A stretch of 64,000 bases of DNA from Eledone cirrhosa (taxonomy: Eukaryota): assembly GCA_964016885.1 (NCBI GenBank), contig OZ024742.1:243350001-243414000 (forward strand), given 5' to 3'. Shown piece after piece: positions 1 through 16,451 of this stretch. Numbering within the stretch: the first letter of the stretch is position 1; every line of letters starts with the position of its first letter. Under the pieces are notes generated by a model, which did not search any database, was not told the DNA's origin, and worked only from the letters and a program-made list of their open reading frames with translations. The position numbers and the translations under genes are program-made.

Positions 1-630
1 AATATGTGACCTGTACGACTAAATTTACATCTGTTCCTGCTTTTAGGGCAAAGCTTTTAAGCCAGACACGGGCAACCTTTTTTTAGCAGTGGGCCGCAAT
101 AGGATGTGGCTTATCATATGGCGGGCCGCACTACTAAAAAATGCAAGGCAATTTGGGAATTGGGCGGGCCATTCAGAAAGCCTGCACGCGGCTCGCGGGC
201 CGCAGTTTGCATATGACTGTTTTAAGCCATTATTAGCTTTCAATCTAGTTTGTCTTTTCTCGGACAAGTCTTGCAAGATATTGACTTTGAGGTGCTTTTC
301 CTTTCAATTTTTCTTCAGTGTATTTTACTATTCCATTTTGGCCTTATCTTTTGTTTGTATTGTTTTTATGTTGTTTTATTTACCGTTTCTATTATTTTGT
401 CCTCATTTAAATATTCTTCTTCTACGTAGTTAGTTTGCAAGTAATTTTCTTAAAGTATTTTTCTGGCCTCAGTGTTGTTCGTTCCATAATTTGTTCTTAC
501 TGTGTCAAACCACCTTCTACTTGTCTGTGGAATGGGTATATTTTGTATATCTCAGCTTTGAAACGGTATTTGTATGTGTGTATGTATGTTTATGGAAGTA
601 AATATATATTAATATATATATATATATATA

Positions 631-663
631 TGTAGAAGTGCAAGATAATTATCTTGCACTTCT

Positions 664-666
<3 letters not shown>
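631..666. repeat. Perfect 36-bp palindrome between (TA)n and (CA)n
   Basis: TGTAGAAGTGCAAGATAA|TTATCTTGCACTTCTACA. Confidence 0.9.
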
Positions 667-694
<28 letters not shown>

Positions 695-698
<4 letters not shown>

Positions 699-1130
699 AA
701 CGTTAGAATATGTGTAATAAGGCCAAGACAATGCAGATATGGACATAGAAAAAAGAATGCAATAGTGAAAGATATTGATGAGAATTCGTCTTTCACCTTG
801 AATTTATTTAAATGTCCTTAATTTTCGAGATAATATCTCTTCTTCGGAGGGAAGTAAAAGTCTCAGACCAGCGTCTAAATTTCCAATTGGAAATTTCATT
901 GGAAATTTAGACGCTGGTCTGAGACTTTTACTTCCCTCCGAAGAAGAGATATTATCTCGAAAATTAAGGACATTTAAATAAATTCAAGGTGAAAGACGAA
1001 TTCTCATCAATATCTTTCACTATTGCATTCTTTTTTCTATGTCCATATCTGCATTGTCTTGGCCTTATTACACATATTCTAACGTTTATACCTCATTACA
1101 CAATGCTTCAAGTGAACTATAACCTCCTCC
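695..1130 (+). mobile_element. Fold-back Penelope-like pLTR insertion (193-bp perfect inverted arms) in (TA)n
   Basis: Arms 695-887 / 898-1090 with a 10-nt spacer and a unique 40-bp 3' tail, (TA)n on both sides; contains a hammerhead-like motif. Confidence 0.7.
935..969 (+). ncRNA. Minimal hammerhead ribozyme-like motif (U4C variant)
   Basis: CCT-CCGAAGA-A-GAGAT/ATCTC-GAAA-AT-TA-AGG; short stem I, palindromic AATT stem III. Confidence 0.45.
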
Positions 1131-1152
1131 ATATATATATATATTTATGTAC

Positions 1153-1280
1153 TAAGTTCAAATCCCACCAAGGTTAGCTTTGCCTTTCATCCTTACGGGG
1201 TCGATAAAATAAAGTACCAGTAACGCACTGGGATCAATTTAAAAGGCTTTCCTTCTTGTCCCAAAAGTAGAAACAATTAT
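1153..1280 (+). mobile_element. SINE family A, 5'-truncated
   Basis: B-box GTTCAAATCC, GCCTTTCATCCTTACGGGGTCGATAAAATAAAGTACC core, GTAGAAACAATTATT tail. Confidence 0.85.
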
Positions 1281-1408
1281 TGATAAAAACCAAATAAGGG
1301 AAATAACTATTAATAAGGTTTCCATTTGTAAGAGATTCTATGAAGGATGATTGTGCTATAACTCAATGTCTTCTAGTTTCATGTTTTGTTTTTGTATTGT
1401 GATTTGTT

Positions 1409-1665
1409 GTGACTAATCCAGGCTCTGCTGTACTTCGGGCCGAGGAGAGTAAACTCTCCAAATATCGGTTACTCTCCGTCAAGTTTGCAGTCGAGCTCAT
1501 ACCAGTGGAAACTTCTGGTGTCCTTAGCCCTAGGGCCTACTTACCACCATCGGCATGGAGTTGGCTACCCGCAGAAGTGAGGATCGCGAGCTGGAATGGC
1601 TCTTCCAGCGCGTTCTTCTCACCATCATCCGGGAAAACGCCTTCTCTTTTCTGTCCGCCAGAGCT
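1409..1665 (+). pseudogene. CRE-like non-LTR retrotransposon 3' fragment (restriction-like endonuclease C-terminus)
   Basis: AEESKLSKY...IPVETSG, then after a frameshift ELEWLFQRV and IIRENA, resembling the K-KY/ETxG/LFQR-RGNA pattern. Confidence 0.6.
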
Positions 1666-2699
1666 GCAGAGCAGCCAGTGCCTGGAACCCATATTTGCTC
1701 ATAATAGTGAGAGATGGGGAGAGTGGGAGAGACGGAGGCAGTGACAGTAGGAATTTGGTTCTTTTGTGTTCGGACCTGAGATGTATACGTGTGTATATAT
1801 TTCACAGACATACACTCACAGGAAATATTAGTTAGTAAGTTGTTGTATTAGATTCTTGCGTTAAATGGGAGGTCAGACGATGAGAAAATATTTTAAAACA
1901 ATAATCCGGAAAAACAATAATCCGTGTCTCCTTAAGAAGCCACAACTTGGCATTCATTACTACCAGACAATTTTGTATTTATACACAATCATATTATTTC
2001 AGTTTTATAAATTTAGTACAGAGATAATTGGGCTTTTATTTTAGTCTCTATCAATTCTACATTTCGCTCGTTATATCTTCCGAACCTCAAATATCATAAG
2101 TTCAATTGAAAGGAATAATTGTTTCTACTTTAGGCACAAGGCCAGCAATTACCCAGTGCATTAAAAGGAATAATACCGCAATATCATCATTAAAAAAGGG
2201 AACATTATCAATTTAATTCTCAACTTTAAATTCTATAAACATGCAGCAATGAGGGGGGACAATTCCGAATACATCCTCAAGAGTAGGAAAGTACAATACA
2301 TATGTGAACGCTAATAGTTATACTACTGTTAACAATATACAATAGGGCTACAAACGTAGATAAGGACCTGCGAGCAGACAAAAAATGATAGGTATTTAAG
2401 GAGTACTTTTAAATTGAACTCGGAAGGGAGCCTTTAATTTCAACTTGTTTTTCAACGCTCTAATTAGAAACACCACAGACAAACAATATAGTTTTTTTTC
2501 TTTTTATGACTAGACAGAATACAATCCCTTTTTAGCTGGTACAACTTATGTAATGACTCTGACCACTTGACAAGGCTTATCAGTTTTACTACAAGAACTT
2601 ACTGCTGACTCAGTCTTTCAGTCTTCTAGCCTATCTCATAATATATTATAGACATTCAAGAATTCTGCCTGCATATCTTGTCTCTCCTCCAAGCATCCA

Positions 2700-3074
2700 T
2701 TCAGACGTCGACAGTTTATGAAAGAACAAGATTTTGCCAAGAACGAATGTCTTATTTGAAGTTCCCGTTTATGTCGACAGAAAACCTCTATAACAAACAA
2801 TGTACAGCAAATATTTTATCGAAAGTTGGTGCCGCTCCCCATGAGTAACACCTGGTGATGCATGAATAGACACTGATATAATTCGCTCATAAGGCCACCG
2901 CCATGCAAATCTTATCAAGAAATACAATGAGGCGCCTCCAAGAATGTTGCAAACTAAAGCTATTTCGATAATGTAAATAAATACTGGATTCTTGGTCGTC
3001 ACATCTTCATTATGAATTCTTGCGTGTGTAAAATAACGATAATAACCTCTAACCAGTAACATTATGGATAACAC
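2700..3074 (-). pseudogene. Highly degenerate LINE RT remnant (CR1/L2-like)
   Basis: PGVTHG...KYLLY resembles SGVPQG...LFLLY; weak. Confidence 0.25.
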
Positions 3075-3169
3075 ATTTGGTTCATGTTTAATGTACTTTT
3101 AGCAATGCATGCTCACACAAGCATATTTGTGAGTATGCATTTTTACAAATTTATATATATATATTATGC

Positions 3170-3238
<69 letters not shown>

Positions 3239-3243
<5 letters not shown>

Positions 3244-3288
3244 AGAGTCAGGACCCCGACGGCTGAGCCCTGGCCGTTTCGACAGCTA
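3239..3288 (-). mobile_element. Truncated pLTR fragment, same family as 63132-63354, with hammerhead 3' half
   Basis: Minus strand GTC-GAAAC-GGCCAGGGCTCAGCC-GTC-GGGGTC, embedded in (TA)n. Confidence 0.65.
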
Positions 3289-3428
3289 TATATAAGTGTT
3301 TGTGTATGTGTGCACCTCTCTATCTTTCGCTGACACGCTTTCTCTCTCTCTCTCCTCTCTCTCTGTCTTTCTTTCTTTCTTTCTTTCTGTCTCTATTTCT
3401 CTTTCCCTCTCTCTCTCTCTCTCTCTCA

Positions 3429-3476
<48 letters not shown>

Positions 3477-3870
3477 GTGTGCCATAGCGAAACTCACGTA
3501 TGTTTATTTTGTATAAACATATCGTATATGATTACATATACACTCCTACGATGAAAGCCGCTGTTAGTGCAATCTAATTATCTCCCTTTCACTAGTCAAG
3601 TTTGCACTATATGCAAATGAGCATCTCCAGTTGATATTTCATGCGCAAAAACCAAAGCGGTTTTAGCCTATTTTGTCTCAGTACCGAGTATATGTCATTG
3701 ATAATGGATAAAAATCCACAAATTGGTATCTAGCAATGTAGCATTCTTACCACTACTGAGATAGCTGTAACATGATCACGGCTTTTTAAATTCATACTGA
3801 GACTCTCGTGTGTTTATTATATATAAGTATATTACATATGCTTTCATATACACCCTTATGGATATATCTA

Positions 3871-3995
<125 letters not shown>

Positions 3996-4080
3996 TACTA
4001 CATTGTATATCCGTTCTATCATCAATCTCAAACGATGCATGCAAGAGTTAGCTCCTAATTTTCACTAAACTTTTTAATCC

Positions 4081-4114
<34 letters not shown>

Positions 4115-5639
4115 CATCCTTCTCTCCCTCCTCTTCCTCCTATTTCTCCTGTCTTCCCTCGCGTAATATATCCGATTTTGGGAGCATAATCTAAACAATG
4201 TGTCGCATTTCCAAGAAAGTCAACCTTTTTCTATTCTTACCTTTCCAATAAGTTTCAGGGGTGATGGAAACAATCATCCCTTTCAACATTTTAAATCTCT
4301 TTTGTAAAATGAGATCTACTTGAAACTTAATCTCATATGTCTATCACCAATGGTCTCTCATCCTTGAGAACTTTGACGAAATCATTGTTAATGCACTTAG
4401 CATTATAAAGATTTCGATTATGTCTGACTGAATAATCTCTTAACTTTGTTTCCCGTCTCTAATCTACATCCCTTCTTATATTGACAGTTTCCTGTCATAC
4501 CACTCCATTACATAATGGACTAATGGGGCGTTCTCTGGACCACTCTAGAATATCCTATGATTTAATAATGTCTCCTGTACTCTTCTATCCATATATGTTA
4601 ATGACTTATTACCAACATAAGCTCCTGGGTTCCTCTTTCTTAGCCTTCCACGCATATGTTGTATCACGCGAAACCTAAATGACACATGCCACACGTTATC
4701 TATAACCTTGATAAAATTCTTCAATGAGATCACGATAACATCCTCTTTTCCATCAGTACAAAAGCCTAATTACAACTCCTATCAAGAAACTTGTACCTCC
4801 CTATATCTAGTTATAAACAACACTCAATTAAAATCTCCGCATATAAATAACATCACCGAAACTACATCATAAAAACAAAGCCTCCTATCAGTTACTACAC
4901 TTCTACAATATTCAGTTAAGGCCTATATTGAACAGGACTTGTTTCTATCGGATGATATTACTAGTATACACACAGACCTAGACAGCATCCAACAAAGGCT
5001 AAGCAAGTGATAGGCAATGATTCACTTACAAACATATGTCCATAGTTTACTCTCTTCGCTTCTTTTATATCACTAATATAATATTCTTTCTCTTCTGCAC
5101 TAATTATATACATGCTTTCACCCTTGGTGACACTCAACTTACTCTACCATTCATTTTCCCACGACACAACAGTTCCAGTAAGAATTTGGAATACTAGACT
5201 GGACACTTTAAAATATCCGGAATTTAGATATTAAGACGTAAAAGAATCCCAAACCCATTATTAACTTCCACACCAACAGTGAGACTTGTTTGATCTATAT
5301 TAAACAAGGTGATGAAGGCAGAGGCATAAGCTCATTCCAAACGGCCTTTCATTCCTAAATGTTTAAAACAGTTAACACTTACTGAGCAGTAAAGATATAA
5401 ATAATTGCATCACATGTTTACTCAACAGTAAAAATAATCATATCTTGAGGATAGTGGAAGAACCGCTGAACAGTTACTCGGGATGTACAGCTGTCCCATA
5501 TAATCTAAAGATAGCTGTACTTACCTACGTAAACACAAACTTCGAGGTAGAAATATTTATCATATCAACTGAAATTTATTCATGAGTACATATCTCGCAG
5601 GATGTATGACACTAACAACATAGATAAATAAGGAAGAGT

Positions 5640-6300
5640 AATTTTTCCTGGACCTGTAATAGACACGCCACATTCTATCTAAAGGGACATGCTTTTGCTA
5701 TTCTGGAACAATTGATACGCACTAAATACGTAATAAACAAAAGGGGTAAAAACCTTTCCAAATCACTGCGTAATGAAAGAATGTGTCAATCGTGTCATAC
5801 CAATATGGAAGATATCACCCCCATCGTCATCAACTACCACAAAATTGTCCGCAAGCTACTACCTTTGCACGAGAGATGTTATCCTTACAAAACCCTTTAC
5901 AATACTCTGTGCAGAAAGTATTGTAGTGATGGTCGTACCAAAGGTAAACCAGTACCAGAATGTATCTACGCCTTTAAAAATAAAGGCAGCTGCTGGAACA
6001 TTTCAATCCTATGCAGACAAGACAGACCTAATATTGTTCTATGGGACAGGGGACAAATGCCATGCACTGTTGTAGAAATCAGCTGTTCAGTGGATATGAA
6101 TTACTTTATAGAAAAAAAGTTTATAGAAAAATATAACATCTATAGTGAACTATGCAGAATTTATAGATATTTTTCATTTGTACCTATTATCAAAGGTGCA
6201 CTATTAGATTATGTGACAAAATATTTGCCTAAAAATCTGAAAATGCTGGCTTTTTTTTCAAAACGAAACAAAGCAAACTGATTTACATCCTCCATACATA
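5640..6300 (+). pseudogene. R4/Dong-like RLE non-LTR retrotransposon 3' remnant
   Basis: CQSC...RPNIVLWDR...VEISC..D...KYNIYSEL...PIIKGAL; homologous to 28884-29617; ends at CATACATAC. Confidence 0.7.
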
Positions 6301-7534
6301 CAAAGAAAAAATATGTACAGTTATAGAGATCAATTTTCTAGTAGATGTCTAGACATGCCTGTTATTAATATGAAGGTTATCTGTTCACTTCAAGGGGGTA
6401 CGTTAGTTTCTATCTGTGCTGGTGTTGAGCAGAGTGATACGGATCAATTATCAGTGCTTTGAAGCATATCATGGTTTTATACAACTATCTTAATTGCACT
6501 TCTCTTGGTAATCATGGCGATTGTATTTACTGTATAGCCATGTTTTTGTTTTTGTCTGTTTTTGTTTCTGTTTTCCAAACTTGAGTGATAACTCATTCCA
6601 TTCAACGGGTGGTAACTAATGGCTTGTACAGATGTCTAACATTCGCTGTCTAATATTCAGCATTTAATTGATCTCTTTGGTTATGTAATCAAACCGGTTA
6701 TTTCCTATGTAAGAAAAAAAATGACGGAACTATTGTAGCAGTGAACTACTTGAGTTACAGCAAATTACCTTAGAAATGATGATGTGTACCCTAATCAAGG
6801 ATACCTTAGATCAAACGCATTCCAGTCATGACCATCCAGTTTTGGTGGAGTTGCTAATATTATATTATTTAATGCGTTTTTAAGATGGTGGGTTGTGGTA
6901 TGAGGTAGATTTTCTGCTGTTTCAGCTGGTCGAGTGACCATGTAGAGACTCCTGCTTTGTTTCGCAAAGACACATGTAATTTCCATTGGTTACATTCCGT
7001 GTGTTTAAGAAAACATTTCATTTTATTAAGATCGCTATCTCAAACCATGATAGTCGAAGAAATCGTATTATAAGTGATACTATTCTTGTGCTGAATGCAT
7101 TTAACAGAGAGAAGAAATATGTGAGAGAGATAAACTAAAACCTAACCCTTAGAGTGCGTCTCTTGAAAATCTATCTGGTGTGAAAAGGTTTATTACAGAG
7201 CGAAAGAAACTGATCTCCAGCTGTAAAATATAATGTCGAAGTGTTGTTTGTAAATTACAAAGACCCATCAACGCTGCATTCTTTCTATTAAGCTATGCTT
7301 TTCTTTCTATTGTACTTTTTTTTCTGTTTTGTTGTTATATCATTTGTTTTGATATTGGTGTGGTTGTTGTTGTTGTTTGGTCTCCATATTTTGTTCTTTT
7401 GTTTGTTTGTTTTTTGTTGTTGTTGGTCTGCTTGTGGCTTGTATTGTCATTTTTGTTGTTATTGCTATTTTTAGTTAGTTGGTTGGTTGGTTGGTTGGTT
7501 GGCTGGTTGATTGGTTGGTTAGTTAACTATTGTT

Positions 7535-10382
7535 GTGGATTGGCAGTATTGGTGGAGCGTCGGACACCATGCTTTGCAGCATAGTTATGGCCCTTAACGT
7601 TCTGGGTTCAAATCCCAGTGAGGTTAGCTTTGCCTTTCAGCCTTATGTGGTCGATAAAATAAAGTACCAGTCATCACTGGGGTTGATTTAATCGAATTTC
7701 CCCTCCCGCAAAATTGATGGCCTTGTGCCTAAAGTAGAAACAATTATTTTGTTTCTCATTGCAACGGGCGAGTTCATATCGGGTCCAGAAGGTTGGTTAA
7801 GTTGTTTTAAAGAGGAATTTGTTGAATTTTTTATTACGAACTGTATATAAGGTGCCATTCATTGGTGGATTGGCAGAATCGGTAGAACGTCAAACACCAT
7901 GCTTTACAGCATAGAGTTATGGCCCTTTACGTTCTGAGATCAAATCCCGCCGAAGTTGGCTTTGTCTTTCATCCTTACGGGGTCGATAAAATAAAGTACC
8001 AGTAATGCACTGGGTCGATTTAAACGACTTTCCCCTCCCCCAAAATTGATGGCCTTGTGCCTATATAAGAAATCGGACGCCATGCTTTCCAGCATAGTTA
8101 CGTCCCTTTACGATCTGAGTTCAAATCCCCCCGAGGTTGACTTTGCCTTTCATCCTTACGGGGTCGATAAAATAAAATATCAGTAATGCACTGGGTATTT
8201 GCTGGCCTTGTGCCTAAATAGAAACAATTATTATTATTATTAGGGCGGTGAATTGGCAGTATCGGTAGAGGGTCGGACGCCATGCTTTCTAGCATAGTTA
8301 CGTCCCTTTACGGTCTGAGTTCAAATCCCGCCAAGGTTAACTTTGCCTTTCATGCTTACAGGGTCGATAAAATAAAGTACCAGTAATATACTGGGTTATT
8401 ATTGGCCTTGTGCCTAAAGTAGAAACAATTATTATTATTAGGGCGGTGGTTTCGCAGTATCGGTAGAGCGTCAGACACCATGTTTTGCAGCATAGAGTTA
8501 TGGCCCTTTACATTCTGAGTTCAAATCCCACCGAAGTTAACTTTGCCTTTCATTATTACGGTAGAGGGTGGTGGATTGGCAGTATCGGTAGAGGGTTTGA
8601 CGCCATGCTTTCCAGCATAGTTACGTCCCTTTACGATCTGAGTTCAAATCCCGCCGAGGTTTACTTTGCCTTTCATCCTTACGGGGTCGATAAAATAAAG
8701 TACCAGTAATGCACTGGATAATTGCTGGCCTTGTGCCTAAAGTAGAAACAATTATTACGGTGGATTGGCAGTATCGGTAGAGGGTCGGACACCATGTTTT
8801 CCAGCATTGTTACGTCCCTTTGCGGTCTGAGTTCAAATCCCGCCGAGGTTAACTTTGCCTTTCATCCTTACGGGGTCGATAAAATAAAGTACCAGTAATG
8901 TACTGGGTAATTGCTGGCCTTGTGCCAAAAGTAAAAACAATTATTACGGGGGTCGATAAAATAAAGTACCAGTAACGCACTGATATCGATTTAATTGCTG
9001 GCCTTGTGCCTAAAGTATTGGCAGTATCGGTAGAGGGTCGGACACCATGCTCTGACGTATAGAGTTACGGCCCTTGCCATTCTGAGTTCAAATCCCGCTG
9101 ACGTTAACTTTGCCTTTCATCCTTACAGGGTCGATAAAATTAAGTACCAGTAACGCACTGATATCGATTTAATTGCTGGCCTTGTGTTAAATAAAGTACC
9201 AGTAATGTACTGGGTATTTGCTGCCCTTGTGCCAAAAGTAGAAACAATTATTACTGGGTACTGATGCTATTTCTTTTTACATCTACAGAGACATCTTGCT
9301 GTTTACACTAATCAATCTTTCATCACCACACAGTAAAACTGTCTTCTCTTCTCATTATAGACTCGTTAAATATATCATAAGTTTGTAAGCAGCATCATTT
9401 CTAGTGTGAAATAAAATTTACGATCTCTTCAACCCTTCCGTTGTATCCCGGGTAACATTTCCTTTCCAATTATTGCAGTTGTTATAATAATACATCTCTC
9501 TAGTTTCTTCTTTAACTCCCTCGCCCCACTTCTCTCTCTCTCTCTCTCTCTCTCTCTAGTTCTCTCTCTCTCTCTCTCCCTCTCTCTCTCTCCAACAGAT
9601 AATTACACGCTCCTGACAACGTTAAAAGATACTACTTTGGCGGTATTGGCAACACCAACAACAATAATGACAGTAACAGTGCAAATAATAATGGTTTCTG
9701 ATTTAGGCACAAGGCCAAACATTTTTGGTGGGGGAGAAAGAGGAAAAGTTGATTAAATCAACCCTAGTGCATTACTGGTACTTTATTTTATCGACACCGT
9801 AAGGATAAAAGGCAAGGCTAACCTTGGCGAGATTTGAACTCAGAACGTGAAGGACCATAACTCTATGTTGCAAAGCATGGCGTCCGACCCTCTACCGATA
9901 CTGCCAATCCACTGCCCTACCACCTAATAATAATTATTATTATTATTTCTACTAATTATTATTATTTCTACTAATGTCGCAGTGGATTGGCAGTATCGGT
10001 AGAGGGTCGGACGCCATGCTTTCCAGCATAGTTACGTCCCTTTACGATCTGAGTTCAAATCCCGCCGAGGTTGACTTTGCCTTTCATCCTTACGGGGTCG
10101 ATAAAATAAAGTACCAGTAATGCACTGGGTAATTGCTGGCCTTGTGCCTAAAGTAGAAACAATTATTATTTCTACTATAGCCACAAGGCCAGCAATTTTG
10201 GGGGAAGGAGAAAGTCGATTAAATCGACCCTAGTGCATTACTGGTATTTTATTTTATCGACCCCGTAGGATGAAAGGCAAAGGTAACCTCGGCTGGATTT
10301 GAACTCAGATCATAGAGGGCTGTAACTCTATGCTGAAAAGCATGGTGTCCGACCCTCTACCGATATTGCCAATCCACCGCCC
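7535..10382. mobile_element. Cluster of about 13 SINE family A copies (tRNA-derived)
   Basis: Repeated GGATTGGCAGTATCGGTAGAG head, GTTCAAATCC B-box, GTCGATAAAATAAAGTACC core; + copies 7535-9253 and 9977-10167, - copies 9695-9917 and 10168-10382. Confidence 0.9.
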
Positions 10383-10504
10383 TGCTACCACCTAATAATA
10401 CTAATAATAGTAATGATATGCCGGAGTGGAAGACCAACTTGTACTCGAGCAATGTTTTTCTTGGATTTAGAAACGCTATTGCTCCAAATTAAACATTAAC
10501 ATAT

Positions 10505-10632
10505 TGGAGTGTAGGGAGCTTGGCAAATGTGCAATATACTTTTGTTTACTAGCCTGGGCATTGTCATGAAGTAGCTACAGATTTTACAAGGCCCATGGGT
10601 CCAGTCTTTTGTGCCGAACTGCATCACGAAGA
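10505..10632 (-). pseudogene. Mariner transposase remnant
   Basis: LRDAVRHKR...LLHDNA and QAPYTP (cf. HDNA and HPPYSPD motifs), with stops and a frameshift. Confidence 0.55.
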
Positions 10633-11274
10633 AACAAAAAAGTGAGAGGAAGAAATGGATTATATATGTTTGTAACACGTTTTGTGGCAAGTAAAATGAA
10701 AGAATGATAGAAACGTGGGCATAACTTTAACGCCTTCTCTTTATAACTATGTCCGCGATTCCTCGAATGAGGAAGATGCAGAAGACGACATGAAATTTAT
10801 ATCGTTATTTTCATTTGGCAAAGATTGTGTGTAAATGTTTTTGTTGTTGCCAAAAAGTAAACGCAAGAATTGTTTATACTGCTGCCAATGTCAATAGAAA
10901 AGTCGTTTTTCTTTTGTTTTTGTTTTTACTTGTTTGTTTGTTTGTTTGTTTTTGTGGGGTGGGTGGGTCTTGCTACACAATATTCTTGTTAAATTTTTTT
11001 TTTAGGTAGTCTTCATTTTCACCTTTATTTTTCTTATTTTGGGTGTGTTACTGCTATTTCTTCTATATGTGTGTAGACATATAAGAGAAGAAATATAATT
11101 TGTCTGAAAACAAACCTTATTTTTCGTCTCAACACTGTGTGGGCAGATTTCCAAATCCTCCGTTCGTTGTCTGTAAAAGTATAAATTGAAAAAAATATAT
11201 ATTATTCTATGCAGTTGTACATGGTAAAACTCAGTGAATTGAAAACATCTGTAAAAGTCAGCAGCAAATAATAA

Positions 11275-11445
11275 TGATTTCTAATTGAGGCACAAGGCCA
11301 GCAAATTGGGAGGAAGGCAAAATCGATTACATTCACACAAGTACTTGACTAGTTATATAATTTATCGACCTCGGAAGGATGAAAAGTAAAGTTGAACTTG
11401 GTAGAATTTAAACTACGAACGTAAATAACCAGAACAAATAACGCT
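11275..11445 (-). mobile_element. Diverged SINE family A copy
   Basis: GGCACAAGGCCAGCAA...TTATCGACCTCGGAAGGATGAAA. Confidence 0.7.
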
Positions 11446-11460
11446 TTCTTTATTTAATAA

Positions 11461-11742
11461 CTAGCAGAATGGCCGAGTGTTGCTCGGGATTTGCTCTAGG
11501 GTTCTTATATATTTGATATATATTTATCCTTATCGAGCCTCGTGAAATAAATACGTTTGTTTATATTTTGTTATTGTGTATGCAAAAATATCTGTACACG
11601 AATATATAATTATATATATATATATTAAAATAACAGATTAAAGTTTAAGCAAAGAATCGGTGCTTTCACCTTTAACGGGATCTTCTGAAACTAAAAAAAT
11701 TAATCTGTGAACGCAGAAGTAAATATTTCGAAAAACATTACA

Positions 11743-11790
<48 letters not shown>

Positions 11791-12088
11791 TCAGATAACG
11801 ACGTCATAATGTCGTAATGTAGTCAGCCAGACATACAGACAGATATTATAAGGGCGCAACGTTATATCTATGTATCTATCTAAAAAGAAAGACTAAGAAT
11901 TATAGAGATATCGCTAAATCGCCTAATGCGGTTCCTAGGGCATTGAAAATTTGAAATATTCTTTGCTCAAAACACTCATAGGACCATAAGTATTACATGT
12001 GCAAAGTTTGAAAACAATCGGTTGGGTGGTTCTCGAGCTTTAGGGAGTCAGACAGACAGACAGGCATTCTCTGTTTTAGATATATAGA
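11461..12088 (-). mobile_element. Non-autonomous Helitron
   Basis: Minus strand 5' TCTATATATC; (CTGT)n; 3' hairpin CCGAGCAACACTCGG then CTAG; inserted at A|T. Confidence 0.75.
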
Positions 12089-12777
12089 TAATGCTTTAAA
12101 GCATTTTGTCCGTCTCTCTTACAGACTAAACGCTAGAACAAAATGCTACCAGTTATATTATTTAATTAAAATAATACGTTCATCATATGAAGAGGGCTAC
12201 CAGAAATAGAACTAGATCAACGTGTGAATAAACAGGCTTTGGACATGAAAAAAAACACGTATGGAGAAATAGAATTGGATCAATCTATGGAGAAAAAAAG
12301 TTTCTCTACTAATCTATCGAGAAATAGAGCGGGATTACTACATGCGTGATGAAACAATTATTTTCTCTCTTTTGCTCTGTAAGCATCTCAGATATCTCAG
12401 TAGCTGTTTCAAGATTAATTAATCTCTCATCGGTGACATTCAATCAACCTGTACTGTGATGAAAATAACAAATGAGCATCTCCAGCAAATGTTCATCACG
12501 CAAAATCTGTCTCGACTCTGTCCTATTTTTCATCTCAGTACCGGTTCATATATACTGTTATATATATATATATTAGAATTGGTGCTCTGAAATAGCGATA
12601 TATATATGAATGTATATATAGTGTATTTTGCAATACACTGTATGCTTAATTAAAAGTATTGCGAAGACCTTACGTTATTGTTTTAGAGTAGTGACAGTCT
12701 CACTTACTTTAATACATATATGTATATATATATATATATATATATGTATTCTAAAGCTTCGTCAATACTGTACTAAA

Positions 12778-15325
<2,548 letters not shown>

Positions 15326-15915
15326 TACAATATCGGAGAAAGCTTTTTAGCGATACTCCGGCCAAATTCCAACTCACTCAACAAACATTAGGAAATAAGT
15401 GATTATATTCCCAATTATGCGTTCGGGGTGCTAACTAAAAGTATTGCGTGGAAAATTGGCTGTATTATTTCATATGAGACATATCTAATATATCTCTTCC
15501 CAGACGGACGTCTCGTTTCATACAGGATTCCTACAATTTGGGTGAAATTATACCAATTTATGTAGGAGCTTGTATACCATCAAGTGGGCTCCTATAATTC
15601 ATCAGTGGGTGCCCCAATAATACTAATATTGATAATCTAACCAACATCAGTTTTAGCGATAATCATCCTCTGTGCCTGAGGTATCTGTCATGTTGCCATT
15701 CCAGCAGTTTTAAAGAAGTGCTCAAACTGATTCGAAAAATGAGGAAGTAAATTACCGCCAAAAAAACAATACATGCGCATGACAATGAATTCTGAAATGA
15801 ATTCAGGCCACGTGCTAAGAACTCAATTGGAAATTGAAAAAATATCTATGTGTGTACAACATTTGATGACACACACAGATATTTTCTCGGGCAAAAGGAA
15901 CAATCAATATTCATA
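15326..15915 (-). mobile_element. Probable Penelope-like pLTR/3' UTR insertion between (TA)n tracts
   Basis: Unique island flanked by (TA)n carrying the hammerhead at 15499-15609. Confidence 0.5.
15499..15609 (-). ncRNA. Type I hammerhead ribozyme with long stem II
   Basis: CCCA-CTGATGA-ATTATAGGA..~65 nt..TCCTGTAT-GAAAC-GAGACGTCC-GTC-TGGG. Confidence 0.6.
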
Positions 15916-15923
15916 TATAAAAA

Positions 15924-16006
<83 letters not shown>

Positions 16007-16036
16007 CGTATATACATATATATATATAATAAATGT

Positions 16037-16127
<91 letters not shown>

Positions 16128-16451
16128 TGTATATATATATATAATAAATATATATATATATGTGTATATATATATAATAAATATATATATATATATATAT
16201 GTGTATATATATATAATAAATATATATATATATATATATATATAATAAATATATATATATATATATATATGTGTATATATATATATAATAAATATATATA
16301 TATATATATATATAATAAATATATATATATATATGTGTATATATATATATAATAAATATATATATATATATGTGTATATATATATATATATAATAAATAT
16401 ATATATATATGTATATATATATATATGTATGTATATATATATATAATATAT

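Noticed and set aside
695-1090. Palindromes as DNA-transposon MITEs or sequencing fold-back artefacts
   Set aside because: Asymmetric 3' tails, internal hammerheads, arm divergence in older copies and a Helitron nested in one arm favour real retroelement inversions; the perfect ones still merit a read-level check
4150-5200. Possible old CR1/L2 RT remnant (TDLDSIQQ)
   Set aside because: Too degenerate to bound or assign
11645-11690. Minus-strand CAGAAGA...GAAAG hammerhead-like motif
   Set aside because: Altered core and unconvincing stems I and III
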